A stretch of 64,000 nt of DNA from Tubiluchus corallicola (lineage: Eukaryota > Animalia > Priapulida), in contig JAQGDQ010000101.1 of NCBI GenBank assembly GCA_030141605.1, positions 186,001 to 250,000 of the forward strand. Direction: 5' to 3'. Both the position numbers and the translations under genes were made by a program. Under the pieces are notes generated by a model. That model worked only from the letters and a program-made list of their open reading frames with translations, had not been told where the DNA came from and did not search any database. Shown here in pieces: positions 13,801-25,686 of this stretch (positions are counted from its first letter, which is position 1; each line of letters begins with the position of its first letter).

Positions 13801-16199
13801 GGTGAAAGAGATTCTACGTCAACAATTAACTTGTCACTTTCTAGTCATTAGTTTTGTATTACATGATTTAGTAGTACATCACTACATGATTACTTTCAGT
13901 CTATGTTCATCATCAGTTTATTTTGATTATTAACAGCAGTTTAGGTGCAATTTACTTTTGCATTATAAACTTGCTAAACAAAAAATAATCAAACAAAAAT
14001 AAACTGCACTGCTACAGGCTCGCCATTGCATGAAGTCACATGCAGTGCTGGCTTGAAGCTTATGACCTGTAAAGTCACTAACAGGAAACATCAAAACTGC
14101 ACACATTTAGGCAAAATAAACTATTTTATTAGAAACAGTAAAGATGTTTCATAACAGACTGATCTCGCTAAAGGTGGTGATGTTACAGCTGGCTTACAAC
14201 AGGGAAGCCCAGATTGGGCGGAGGCTAACAGTTAAGTAGTAATGCCTACATCACAAGTAGGATGTAACCAAAGTGACAGTGGGGAGTGTTGGCACAATTG
14301 AAGCCATGGTGCTCTTACATATAAAAAGCCTTCAATGGAGGACAGGATTTTTTTTCATCCACTACCCCATTTTTAAGTCCGATAAAACGTACACATTTTA
14401 ACACAATTAATACTGCAAAAGCGTTTCTGGTATTAAAATGTGTGCTTGCATAGCAAAATCGTCCATAAGTTGGCAATTAAGCTTTTCTAGTTATTATCAT
14501 ATCCTGAATCTTTGTTTCATGAGAATCATTTTGATACCAAGCTCATCCCTCTATGTTATTTCTAAGCTGAGATAATCCATGTTGAAGTTGAGGTGCAGGC
14601 TATGTAATCTAGAACAACACTGAAAAACATAATCTTGAGAAAATCACTGTTAAGATTAGCCATTGTTTTTGTTGCGTTTCTTCAAAACACTTAGCAACTG
14701 CATAAATGTTGGTTGCTACTGACCTTTTGATGTCATGTTTAAATCCAGTAAATGGCTCTTCCTGACAAAGATCTGGGCCTGGCAACAGAAAAAACCCAAA
14801 GCAATACAGGAGCTACTACCGGAGTTTGAAAATATAAGTTTTTATCAATTGCAGTAATAGTTTCTAAACAGAAAAGTGAGCAGGGAGTTATGAAATTAAA
14901 TTTTTAGTTTTTAGTATCTTTTAAACATTTTCTTGACGATTTAATGCTAGAATACAAAAGTCCAATATATTTAGCATTTATTTTTATAAAAAACAAAAAA
15001 TTGACATTTAACCAAATTTTTGGTGCATTCTACTTTGAACAATCATAACGTATTTTTAACTATGCTGACTTATGAACTGTTTCGGTTTGCAAGCACACAA
15101 ATAATAGATTAAAAACTTAATTAATGGCGACGAGCCCAACTATTGATGACATCACAAACTAACACAATTTTCGACAGCAAAAATATTTTACGACCATGTT
15201 GCATGTGTTTGCGAAAGCAAAAATTGAATTACATTACTACTGTAAGATATTCAGTGTGTTATACTAAAACTAGACAAATTTTAAGCTAAAAAATTCAAAT
15301 TTCAAATTTACCATTGTGCTCACGCATGAGCTGTCGAACGTGTGTAGTTCGTCAGAAAGTAACACATCTGAACTGAGAGGTACAACACCTGTTTTTTGTG
15401 CAGTGCTTTCCGAAATGCATGTGAAGGCAAAGAACTAGTGAGGGGAAGGCGAAATTGTGTTTGTGTGGTAATAATTCTTTCACGTAAATTATTTTTGAAA
15501 AAATAGTTATGTTTCCTTTCAATATTTTAGAGTAGATTATTTGACCTACAGTTTAAGATTGGGTCCGGTTTTGCTTTAAACTAAGTGGTAGACTAAAGAT
15601 TCTTCACTTAAAATGCCGTAATGCGCCACACCATTCGGATATTCGGATTGGTTACATCAGAAGCTGCCTTAAAACATTCATTTTTGTTTCAAATGTCCAT
15701 TATAACTTGGTTTTTCTGTTTCATGCTAGCCATCTCCCAAGAAATATTTCTAAGTCAATTCAACTTTCCTAAGCACAGCAACTAATGCAACATGTCGTCA
15801 GACACAGCAGAAGGTTGTATCTACTGGGAAAGTCCTGGCAATAAATTATAGCAGTGGTGACTAGTGTTTACATGTTACAAAATAAGAAGTACATATATAG
15901 CACGTTTCACCATTAACGGGCTTCTTTACAAATGGCAAGCACTCTAAACAAAAGTTGATCGGATTTTGTGACACTTGATTGGCGATTCGGTATTGTAGGA
16001 ACATCAAAATAGGCCTTGTTTTTAAGCTAAAATTGCAAATGTTGAAATTCAGTGCTAATCACATTATTTCGTTGATATCAGATGAGCCCTTCATCTTCAA
16101 TAATGAATAACTCAACTGGCCAGCCAATACCAAACAATCAGTAAAAGTGGCTAGCAAAGGTATGGGACGCATTTTACATAGTTATGTAACCGTTAGCTA

Positions 16200-16440
16200 C
16201 ACGTTCTGATTCATAAATTATCTTTAAAGTCAGATTTGATGCGTTTGCATATTCTTTAAAGATTTGTGTTGTGCATAAGTAACGTCATGTAATGGCACTG
16301 CCGGGACAGTATCATGGGAGTATTTAAAATGGGAATTTCTTTTAATATGAGTATTATATAAGATTGCTACTAAGTAATATAAATCTTTAAGCTAATTTTG
16401 CTGAAACTTAGCTTAAAGAACCCTTTTCTTGTCCTTTAAG
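16200..16440 (+). repeat. Dispersed repeat, DNA-transposon-like end (second copy about 35540-35745)
   Basis: Both places share ACGTCATGTAATGGCAC..GGACAGTAT..CTGAAAC..ACCCTTTTC; this copy ends TCCTTTAA, compatible with a TTAA-target element. Confidence 0.55.
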
Positions 16441-17718
16441 TTCAATCTATTGTAAGGCTTCATCTTTTTACCTCATCTACATTTTTTGCCAATTTTTGCT
16501 GCAGCAGCAAGTGCAATGCAAGTAATCTTCGACCACTTTGCTTGAACAATTTGAGTGCACAGAACTTACAGGTCTTAATAACAGGAAAGGCATGGAAGAA
16601 AAGATGTAGCTTTAATTCACAAAACATAAAGTTCTTGAAAATTTGATCTCCAAAACCTTTAAAAATGTGAGAAATGTATTGGAGCTGGGAAGGAACTCCA
16701 AAAATAGGTGTACTAATTGTAATTTTGTAAGTTTTAGATACTAAAATAAATAAATTTGTATGATTTTTAGTTATAAATTCTCGATTTATGTTTCTGAAAA
16801 TGGCCTCAAAACCATCTAAAATACAGGAAATTTGTATGTGTCAGTTTCCCTCGGACTTGCCTTGAGAGCAAACAACACTCCCACAGACCCTACATCTGGT
16901 TCTTGACTCCTGAATTCAGTTCGTAACGAGGTGACAACCTTGTATTGCACAAGAATGTATAGAGTAAGAACAGTACAAAAATAAGCACAGACTGACAGAG
17001 ATAAAACAAATGAGGAGAATGATAGGTAGATGAAAGCACAGACCAATAAGTGGACAGACCGACAATGCTCAAGTGATCTGGGCACGACAACCCAATGTCT
17101 ACATATTGTCAAAGTGTCTACTGCCAAAACGTTCATTGCCCAAATGTCCACTACCCAACTTCCCAGTGTCTATGTGTCTGCGGCCCAGTGTCCAAATTGC
17201 GATAGCAATTGCGACAGAGTAAATGTGCATTACGCATTTGCCCAATACATATCAAATGGTATTCATGCAAAATTCATCATTAAGATGTTTAATATCAAAT
17301 TAAGTTACTCTTATACATGCATTGACTATTAAACATTACATGCAAATGGAGAGAAATCTAGGCATTTGTTTGTTGTGTGAAATTACCACACACGATTTGT
17401 GCTTGACAAGTGACTGAGGTTAATGTGGTTTTCATGCCAGAATCAGCCTTCATTAAGAAATGTATGAAAATTGTTTAAAAAAATGGTATAGGAAGCAAAT
17501 TTTGCAGTAAGTTAGAAACACGGGGTTTTATCATGTATTAAAAACAAATAAACTGTTCTTTTTGCAGAAATTACTAACCACACCATCAAACCTGGTGGGA
17601 AGTGTCTGCATTAATAAAAACTGGTGATATGAGCTTTTGTAATAAACAGATCTTACAATCAACTTGCTGCGACAAGGTATGATCGGAGTTTAAATGTACT
17701 AAGTTAAACACATTTATA

Positions 17719-19110
17719 ATGAAATTGCGAACTAGGGTTTTTCTAGTGCTACTAAGTGCAATAATTCTCCTGATTTATATCAAGCTTTATTTAATCATAA
17801 ACCGGGAATGTAGTGATGTGTTCTCAGGCGATGGATCAAAGAAATGCCATGAAACGAAAAAAGCTCAAATGATGATGAAGCTACAAGGAAAAGCAAAGAA
17901 TTCTTCATCTGTAAACCTCAACACCTCCAAGAATCTTTTAGCATCGCGGAACTATATATTAGACAAAAGCAAAATGTACAGAAAACATTTGGATATTTTG
18001 CGAACAGCCATCTTAGACAAAAAGCTTCTCTTATTCTCAGAACACCTTCTAAATGACACGGCAATTATTGTCCACCTTGACAAATCTCCATGGTTAATAG
18101 CTGCTGAATGGGTTAAAGAAAGAGAAGTGTTCCCGGCAAGAACACCTGAGCTTGGAGCAATTCTTCATGCCTTGGCAACTCGTAACATTACTTTAGCTGA
18201 CATCGGTTATGCAGGGACACAGCTGAAAGCATCTTTATTTCTTGAAGGTGGTCAGAGGGTTTCTTTCAAGCCAAAGTATTACGAAAGAGAAGCAGTTGTA
18301 GAAGGAGACCCTTATGCTGGGTTTGATAGACATAATGGTGAGATTGCAGCGTTTCACTTAAACAGGATTCTGGATTTTAGGAGAACTCCTATAACTGTGG
18401 GTAGAAGAATTAATCTGAATACTGAGATAATGCCTGTCGCAGAGTCACGACTCTTGCAAACATTCTTATATGTAAATAACAACACATGCTTTTACGGGAA
18501 ATGTTATTATTGTCGGCAAGACGAAGCTGCTTGTGGCAATGGTGCTCTTATGGAAGGTGTTATTATTCTCTGGCTCCCAAATACATGGCCTTTGCAGATG
18601 CATCGTAGACATCCTTGGGGACGTACATACAGGAAAAACAAAACAGCTCAATGGGAAAGAGATACTCATTATTGTGACAAAGTAAAGCAACTACCTCCGT
18701 ATGCCACAATATATAGGCTGTTAGATCTAATAGATGCATCAGTGTTAGATTATTTGATTGGAAATGCAGACAGACACCTTTATGAGACATTCAAAGATCA
18801 TGAAAACAGCATTGTTTTGATGATGGACAATGGCAAAAGTTTTGCCAACCCGTTAAAAGATGAAGTGTCTATAATGGCACCATTATATCAGTGCTGTATC
18901 CTTCGTAACTCTACTTGGAATAATTTACTTCGTTTACAGGATAATAAACTGAGCCTGTTATTGAGGATATTATTGTACTATGATCCACTTGCTCCTTTAT
19001 TGGCTGAAGACCATTACGATGCCCTAGACAGACGATTGCTTGGTGTAATAGGTGTTGTAAGACAATGCATTCAGAAAAATGGTGCAGAAACTGTTTTATT
19101 AGAGGATTAA
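17719..19110 (+). CDS. FAM20B: Glycosaminoglycan xylosylkinase (FAM20B), single coding exon, 463 aa
   Basis: N-terminal signal anchor; FAM20 kinase motifs [64 protein letters not shown]. Splice acceptor (tttgcag) near 17567 upstream of the ATG. Confidence 0.95.
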   Translation: MKLRTRVFLVLLSAIILLIYIKLYLIINRECSDVFSGDGSKKCHETKKAQMMMKLQGKAKNSSSVNLNTSKNLLASRNYILDKSKMYRKHLDILRTAILDKKLLLFSEHLLNDTAIIVHLDKSPWLIAAEWVKEREVFPARTPELGAILHALATRNITLADIGYAGTQLKASLFLEGGQRVSFKPKYYEREAVVEGDPYAGFDRHNGEIAAFHLNRILDFRRTPITVGRRINLNTEIMPVAESRLLQTFLYVNNNTCFYGKCYYCRQDEAACGNGALMEGVIILWLPNTWPLQMHRRHPWGRTYRKNKTAQWERDTHYCDKVKQLPPYATIYRLLDLIDASVLDYLIGNADRHLYETFKDHENSIVLMMDNGKSFANPLKDEVSIMAPLYQCCILRNSTWNNLLRLQDNKLSLLLRILLYYDPLAPLLAEDHYDALDRRLLGVIGVVRQCIQKNGAETVLLED

Positions 19111-20174
19111 AATGTATGATACATAGTAGCTCATGTAACTGCCTCCTCCTCTATGTGTTGTTGCTTTATATTCCTGGTTGTTGCAACAAGGAATTATTTT
19201 TTCCTGGTGGTTTGCTATTTTTACCAGTCTACCAGCCATATGTACATACGAGGTTACAAAGTTTAAAAATTTTAATGCAGTCGTTACACTTACTGCTATC
19301 AGCTATTAGTACGACCATTGTATAGTTAAATCCAGCAATACAATTTTCGAGTGACAAGAAGTTTCGTAACATCAACAGTTTTGAACGTCATGATTCAAGT
19401 ATTTTGGTTGTTGTGTTTGATTCAACAAAACCCCAAGTGCCTTTAACATTATTTTGTGACTTTCGATTCACAATTATGATTATTATTGATCTTGAGCCAC
19501 CGCATGCCTGACATGTATGCAAATATAGAAAAATTGTACCTAAGTTGTGATAACGACACTGCAAAGTGCAGAATGAGGTCATTAGTAATTAGAATTTAGT
19601 TATTTGCTGTTTAACTTTTTAGGAAACAGTGGATTTGTCAGTTTAATATAATAGCGAAATGTTTAATCTACACAGATTTATGTCTTTTCTTACCATGTTT
19701 TTGCCCAGTTCTCTACATTAAATTCTGTATAATGAATGCATAGTGCTGGAAATGGGCCCAACTAAAAATGCTCAAATTGAACTTGATTTTTAGAACTCAA
19801 ATTGATCAAATACATATAGATATTTATTTCGAATAAAATCGATTATATATGTGTTGTACTGAGTAAAAAGACTCATTTTAATTGTTACATATTACTGAGC
19901 ATTTCACAGGCTCACTAACAACGTTGGCTCAACTAACAGAAGCAGTAGCACATATTCTGCCTGCTATTTGTTCCACAATGTAGCAGCAAGTCACTGAAGT
20001 CAAACCAGAAGTCTATGGGTCAGACTGAATGGCAGTATATAAGCACTAAGCTTAGGGAGCTGTCATCTCTCAAAAAGTGTCTAAACTATAGTAGCTCGTG
20101 TAACTGTATAGGACTTCGTCAATAACAAACAGTTTACAGATGCGAACGAAAACAGTCTGAATAAGCAAACCTTT

Positions 20175-20336
20175 TGTTATGTTGAGTAACTAATTAACAT
20201 CTATGCCTATTACAACACTTTGGTTTGGTGTTCTTTTAAGCAGTGCACCTTAACTTGTAATTGGAATGGCGCTGCTCTTTAAATTGGAATAAAGCCATAA
20301 TTCCAATCATTTTCTCTTTTATTTATGGTTATAACA
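20175..20336 (+). repeat. 5' LTR
   Basis: TGTTAT..ATAACA direct repeat; AATAAA at 20288-20293. Confidence 0.97.
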
Positions 20337-20359
20337 ATTTATTCCAATTTAAAACAAAG

Positions 20360-23300
20360 ATGGACAAATATCTTCGACCTGAGAGGCTAAGTGTGGACCC
20401 GAATTCTAGCTCAGCTGACGAAGAATTTCAGCACTGGTTGAAAACATTCGAAAATTTTCAAGGAAGGGCAGTGGCTAAGCAAGCAGAAGAGGATGAAGTA
20501 GCAGCCGTGGCGGAAGAAGTAGATAGTTATGTATCTGCTTCAGTTTTTAAAGTATTTTCGGAATGCAAGTGTTACAAGGACGCTGTTGACACGTTAAAAA
20601 AAGTTTATTTAAAGCCAAAGAATATTCATTATGCTAGGCATGCATTGATGACTTGTAAGCAGAAGTCAAGTGATTCTATTGATAAATTCGTGCAGACTCT
20701 GAGAGAATTAGCTAAGGAGTGTTCGTTTGATGCGGTTAGTGCAGAGCAGTACAAAAACGAAGCCATCCTATCTGCCTTCATATCTGGATTGGCTTCAAAT
20801 GAGATTAGGCAGAAGATACTAGTAGACTGTGAAGAGCTGGATTTGGACAAAGTGTTAAAAACTGCCAAATCTACAGAAATGGCTATGGCCCATTCATCAA
20901 ATTATATTGGAAATGCAATGTCAGACATTGGTGGTATAGCAGCTTTTACGGCAAGTAAAGAAGATGACCACGGAGATTGTTCTCTTGCTAGCATAAAGAA
21001 AAAACAATACGGTGCTAGGGCTAATCCAAATTCTAAGACTGTGTGTGAATCTTGCGGATATAGCCACATCAAAAATAAGTGTCCAGCGAAAAATGAACAG
21101 TGCTTTAAGTGCAACAAATGGGGACATTTTTCAAGAAAATGTACTGAAAAGACAACTGCATCACTTGTGAGAAAGAACAAAAGTGATAATTATCAATCGA
21201 ACTGGTTAACTTTAGCAACTGCACATCAACAGAATGGAACTCCTAACAGTTTAACTAAAGCGACAGTAAAAATTACTATTCAGCAAACAGAATTGAAGGC
21301 ACTGATAGACAGTGGCAGTTCAGATTCATACATCAATGCTGAAATTGTAGAACAATTGGGCATTCCGTGTGATCAAACAAATGACAAAGTTGGAATGGCA
21401 GTTGCCACATCGAGTTTTGAAGTGAAATCGGTATGTAATGTAGATATGATTCTTCAAAGCAGAAATTATGCTGTTAAATTGCTTGTTCTACGAAATCTGT
21501 GTGCTGACGTAATTTTAGGACACGATTTCATGTCTCAGCACGAGAAAGTTACTCTTCATTTTGGGGGAGGGAAGGAACCGCTAAAAGTTTGTGGATTAAT
21601 GAGAGCGAAATTATCTCCGGCTGAGCCTTTTCAGAATCTAACAGATGGCATTAAACCAGTGGCAACTAAATCGCGAAGGTACGACATCGAGAAAACGAAA
21701 TTCATTGAGCTAGAAGTGGAAAAACTGCTAAAAGATGGTAGAATTGAGAAATCTAATTCGCCTTGGAGGGCCCAGGTACTGGTCACTACTAATGAAAATC
21801 ACCGCAGAAGACTAGTGATAGACTATTCTCAAACAATAAATAGATTTACAGAACTTGATGCTTATCCGGCTAAACGAATGAGTGATTTAGCAAATACAAT
21901 GGCTAAATACCGTTTTTATAGTACTGTAGATCTGGAATCAGCATATCATCAGATACCGCTGAGAGAACAAGATAGAAAATATACGGCATTTGAAGCTAAT
22001 GGGCAATTATATCAATTTACATGCCTGCCTTTTGGAATCACCCATGGAGTTTCCTGTTTTCAGAGGAAAATGGATGAGTTTATTCAGGACTTTGGTTTGA
22101 AAGATACGTATGCATATCTGGACAACATTACACTAGGTGGCATGACTCAGCAAGAACATGATGAAAATTTGCAGAAATTATTAGAGGCTGCAAAAAGAGC
22201 AAACTTAACACTTAACGAGAAAAAGTGTGTCTATTCTACGGAAACAGTTAAAATGCTGGGGTATCAGATTAGCAAAGGGAGCATCAAACCAGATCCTGAT
22301 AGATTGAAAACATTACAGGATATGCCAGAGCCAAACAGTCAGAAGTCGCTTACACGTGTATTAGGATTATTTGCTTACTATTCGCAATGGATCTCAAATT
22401 TTTCAGCAAAGATAAGGCCTCTGAATGAAGCTAATAAATTTCCTTTAAGCAGTGAAGCAAAACATGCTTTTTTTCAACTGAAAGCTGATATTGAGTCTGC
22501 AGCTATTAAAGATATAGAGGACGACATACCTTTTGTGGTGGAAACAGATGCATCTGAAACGGCAATTGCTGCTACATTAAATCAAGCTGGAAGACCAGTG
22601 GCCTTTTATTCTAGGACACTAAATCGTTCAGAACGAAACCATGCTTCTGTGGAGAAAGAAGCTTATGCTATAGTAGAATCGTTGGAGCGATGGCGACATC
22701 TTCTAATGGGGCGACACTTCACCTTAGTGACAGATCAAAGGTCAGTATCATTCATGCTTGATCAAAAGCAGAAAAGTAAAGTAAAGAATGATAAAATTCA
22801 GAGATGGAGGGTACAGTTAACAGGATTTAGCTATGATATTAGATACAGACCGGGCAAAAATAATGAAGCCCCAGATGCACTTTCCAGATGCGCAACTACA
22901 TTTTCAGATTTGAATTACTTAAAAACTTTGCATGAGGCTTTATGTCACCCAGGAGCTACTAGGCTGTACCATTTTGTGAGAACCAAAAACTTACCATATA
23001 CTTTGGACGAAATTCGTAAAATCACTTTTCAGTGTCCAGCATGTTGTAAATTGAAACCTAGATTCATGAAGCCTGAACGAGCAACTCTTATTAAAGCTGT
23101 GCGGCCAATGGAAAGGTTGAACATTGACTTTAAAGGTCCTTTGCCCAGTAGCACCTCAAACAAATATTTTCTAACTGTAGTGGATGAGTATAGCCGATTT
23201 CCATTTGCCATACCGTGTGCAGATTTATCTGCTCAGACTGTGATACAGGGCATTAGTCAAATTTTTTCACTTTGTGGATGTGCAGCTTAACTACATTCGG

Positions 23301-24046
23301 ATCGAGGTGCTAGTTTTCTGTCAGCAGAAGTTCGAGAATTTCTGCACTCCAGGGGAATTGCAATTAGCCGAACAACTCCATATAATCCACGTGGTAATGG
23401 GCAATGTGAAAAATACAATGGAATAATATGGAAGTCGATACAGTTAGCACTGGAATCCAAGAATTTAGACATCAAAGCTTGGGAGATTGTTTTACCAGAA
23501 GCATTACATGCGATTCGGTCATTACTGTGTACGTCCACTAATGCCACCCCACATGAATTGTTTTTTAATTTTGCTCGCAGATCAGCTAGTGGAGGTTCGG
23601 TGCCCAGCTGGCTCACTTCTCCTGGACCTGTACTGTTAAGACGATTTGTTAGAACCTGCAAGTCTGATCCTCTAGTGGATATGGTAGATTTAATTGAAGC
23701 AAATCCCCAATATGCACATATACGATATCGTGATGGCCGGGAAAGCACTGTATCTATTAAAGACTTAGCACCATGCGGAAAGGTTGATGAAAGTGGCAAA
23801 GCAGTGATAGATGGAGAGAATGAAGAACCTCAAAGAAAACTGGTCATGGAACCTGTGAATTCCCATAACGTTGTACACACAGAAACAGTCTCGAATCAGG
23901 ATACACTTAATACAAAGATGGATGGAGTTTTCACTAGTGGGAAGGAAGAGATTACAGAAATTGCATATGACATTGAAGAAGTAGAATCTGTAAGGAGGTC
24001 TTCTAGAGCAAACAAAGGGAAAATGCCAGCACGCTATTGTGATTAA
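20360..24046 (+). pseudogene. Gag-Pol polyprotein in one frame with a single in-frame TAA (23288-23290) in integrase
   Basis: ATG at 20360; two Cys/His knuckles (CESCGYSH..C, CFKCNKWGHFSRKC), protease LIDSGS, RT (RLVIDY, DLESAYHQ, LPFG, YLDN), RNase H (ETDAS, EAYAI, TDQRS), integrase (H..H..CPAC, IDFKGP, *LHSDRG, GQCEKYN). The 23558-24046 ORF is in the same frame. Confidence 0.93.
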
Positions 24047-24203
24047 TTGTAGTGAACTGAATTGGATGTAGTGGAACTGAATATTAACTTGGAAGTTTCC
24101 GAGTTAATACTGTTAACTTTGAACTGTTTGTCTGGTTCAATTTGATAACACTTATAATTGATATTGTAGCTTTAAATGTTCCCAAATTCTTAGGAGGGAA
24201 GAA

Positions 24204-24365
24204 TGTTATGTTGAGTAACTAATTAACATCTATGCCTATTACAACACTTTGGTTTGGTGTTCTTTTAAGCAGTGCACCTTAACTTGTAATTGGAATGGCG
24301 CTGCTCTTTAAATTGGAATAAAGCCATAATTCCAATCATTTTCTCTTTTATTTATGGTTATAACA
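24204..24365 (+). repeat. 3' LTR
   Basis: Identical by eye to the 5' LTR; preceded by the PPT and followed by the TSD. Confidence 0.97.
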
Positions 24366-24420
24366 CCTTTCATGAGTGAAGAAACTCGATATGAATGGGC
24401 ATTTCTCTGACGACGCCACC

Positions 24421-24539
24421 TATAGGACTTCGCCAATAACAAACAGTTTACAGATGCGAACGAAAACAGTCTGAATAAACAAACCTTTCATGAGTGAAGA
24501 AACTCGATATGAATGGGCATTTCTCATGACGACGCCACC
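24421..24539 (+). repeat. Second unit of an approximately 119-bp tandem duplication; the first unit (20107-20174 plus 24371-24420) is split by the retrotransposon
   Basis: TATAGGACTTCG..AAACCTTTCATGAGTG..GACGCCACC occurs twice with about 3 differences. Confidence 0.92.
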
Positions 24540-25686
24540 TTTTTTACTTTTCAGCTTAAATACTGTAAATAAATGTCACTGTGGTTAAATATGTTGCTAA
24601 CTGAGCACAAAATCCAAGTGTATAATAAATTTGTTACATTTGTTAGGCATTGTATCCCAGCTGTGTAAAAGCTGTGTAAAATCATTATGTATGCAGTAGC
24701 TAAGTTTTGGTATTGTTTTCTCCTGTGTCGCTAATCACAATATATTTCTTCTTGGGATATAACCATAATTTATATCACTTCAAATACACTTTTTGGCAAT
24801 AATTTGTGAACAAACTTATAATATCAATGACATTTCATACCTTTCCAGTAATTATAAATGATATTGTTATTAATCTTTTTTCAAGTGCTCTAAATGATAA
24901 ATGTTCAGCAGTGTTTGGGAAAAGTTTGTTCACTGCGAAGATTTCTGTATCCCGATACGAAGTCATGCATGAAATATTAATGCTTTACATCTGCATGCCT
25001 TAGTGAGATCGTTTGTATATAATTGCAGAGTCTTATTTCCAAGCATGTGTAATACTAAGTCTTAGAAGTTGGTGATTTGGAGAACTACAATACAAACAAT
25101 TCAGGTTTTTAAATTCTAATGGGTTAATTACCAAAAATGGAAACAAAAGATGTAAAGTTTGATCTTGGAGGAGACGGTAAGCTCTAATTTACTGCTACTC
25201 TCTTACTCTCATTGGTGATGAATCATCATTTATGAATAAAAAATGGTACAATGATATATTATTATAACACACCATTAGTACAATGTTCATAAGAAACATA
25301 CTTTTCAAAAATGATAAATGTTTTTGTTTAACTTTATTTGCTTTTAAAGTTACTATAAAGTTTCTCTCCTCAATGCCGGCAGTGCAGCTCATATAGCACT
25401 GACTAGTGGATCATAGTAAACTTAATGTACATAATATAATTATAATATAAACAATTAAATCTGTTTAAAACTTGAAAAAATATGAAAGAAGACTGGATAA
25501 GTGTAAGTTCTTATTTGGCACATTGTATGAAGTTTCCATTTGTTCGTAAGAAAATTGCAAAAATTGCTCTAACTTGTATGTATTATATGCAATATATGTA
25601 TTAATGATACAGTTTCTCTATATTTTGTTGGTTGTTCAGTAGAACCCTACTAAGAAATATTAAGACAAGATGGCTGAACATTATTT

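Larger units (their letters stand above)
20175..24365 (+). mobile_element. Full-length Ty3/gypsy LTR retrotransposon (4191 bp)
   Basis: TG..CA LTRs at 20175-20336 and 24204-24365 (162 bp, identical by eye); 5-bp TSD CCTTT (20170-20174, 24366-24370); polypurine tract AGGAGGGAAGAA at 24192-24203; domain order gag-PR-RT-RH-IN. Confidence 0.97.

Noticed and set aside
17030-17332. 100-aa ORF upstream of FAM20B
   Set aside because: Overlaps degenerate short-period GCCCAAATGTCC-type repeats typical of transposon ends; no protein features.
20261-20359. N-terminal extension of gag from the ORF track
   Set aside because: It begins at a TTG inside the LTR; the first ATG and gag-like sequence start at 20360.
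23287-23799. 170-aa antisense ORF over integrase
   Set aside because: Shadow of the sense coding frame with no recognisable motifs; the same applies to ORFs antisense to FAM20B and the large SCAF exon.
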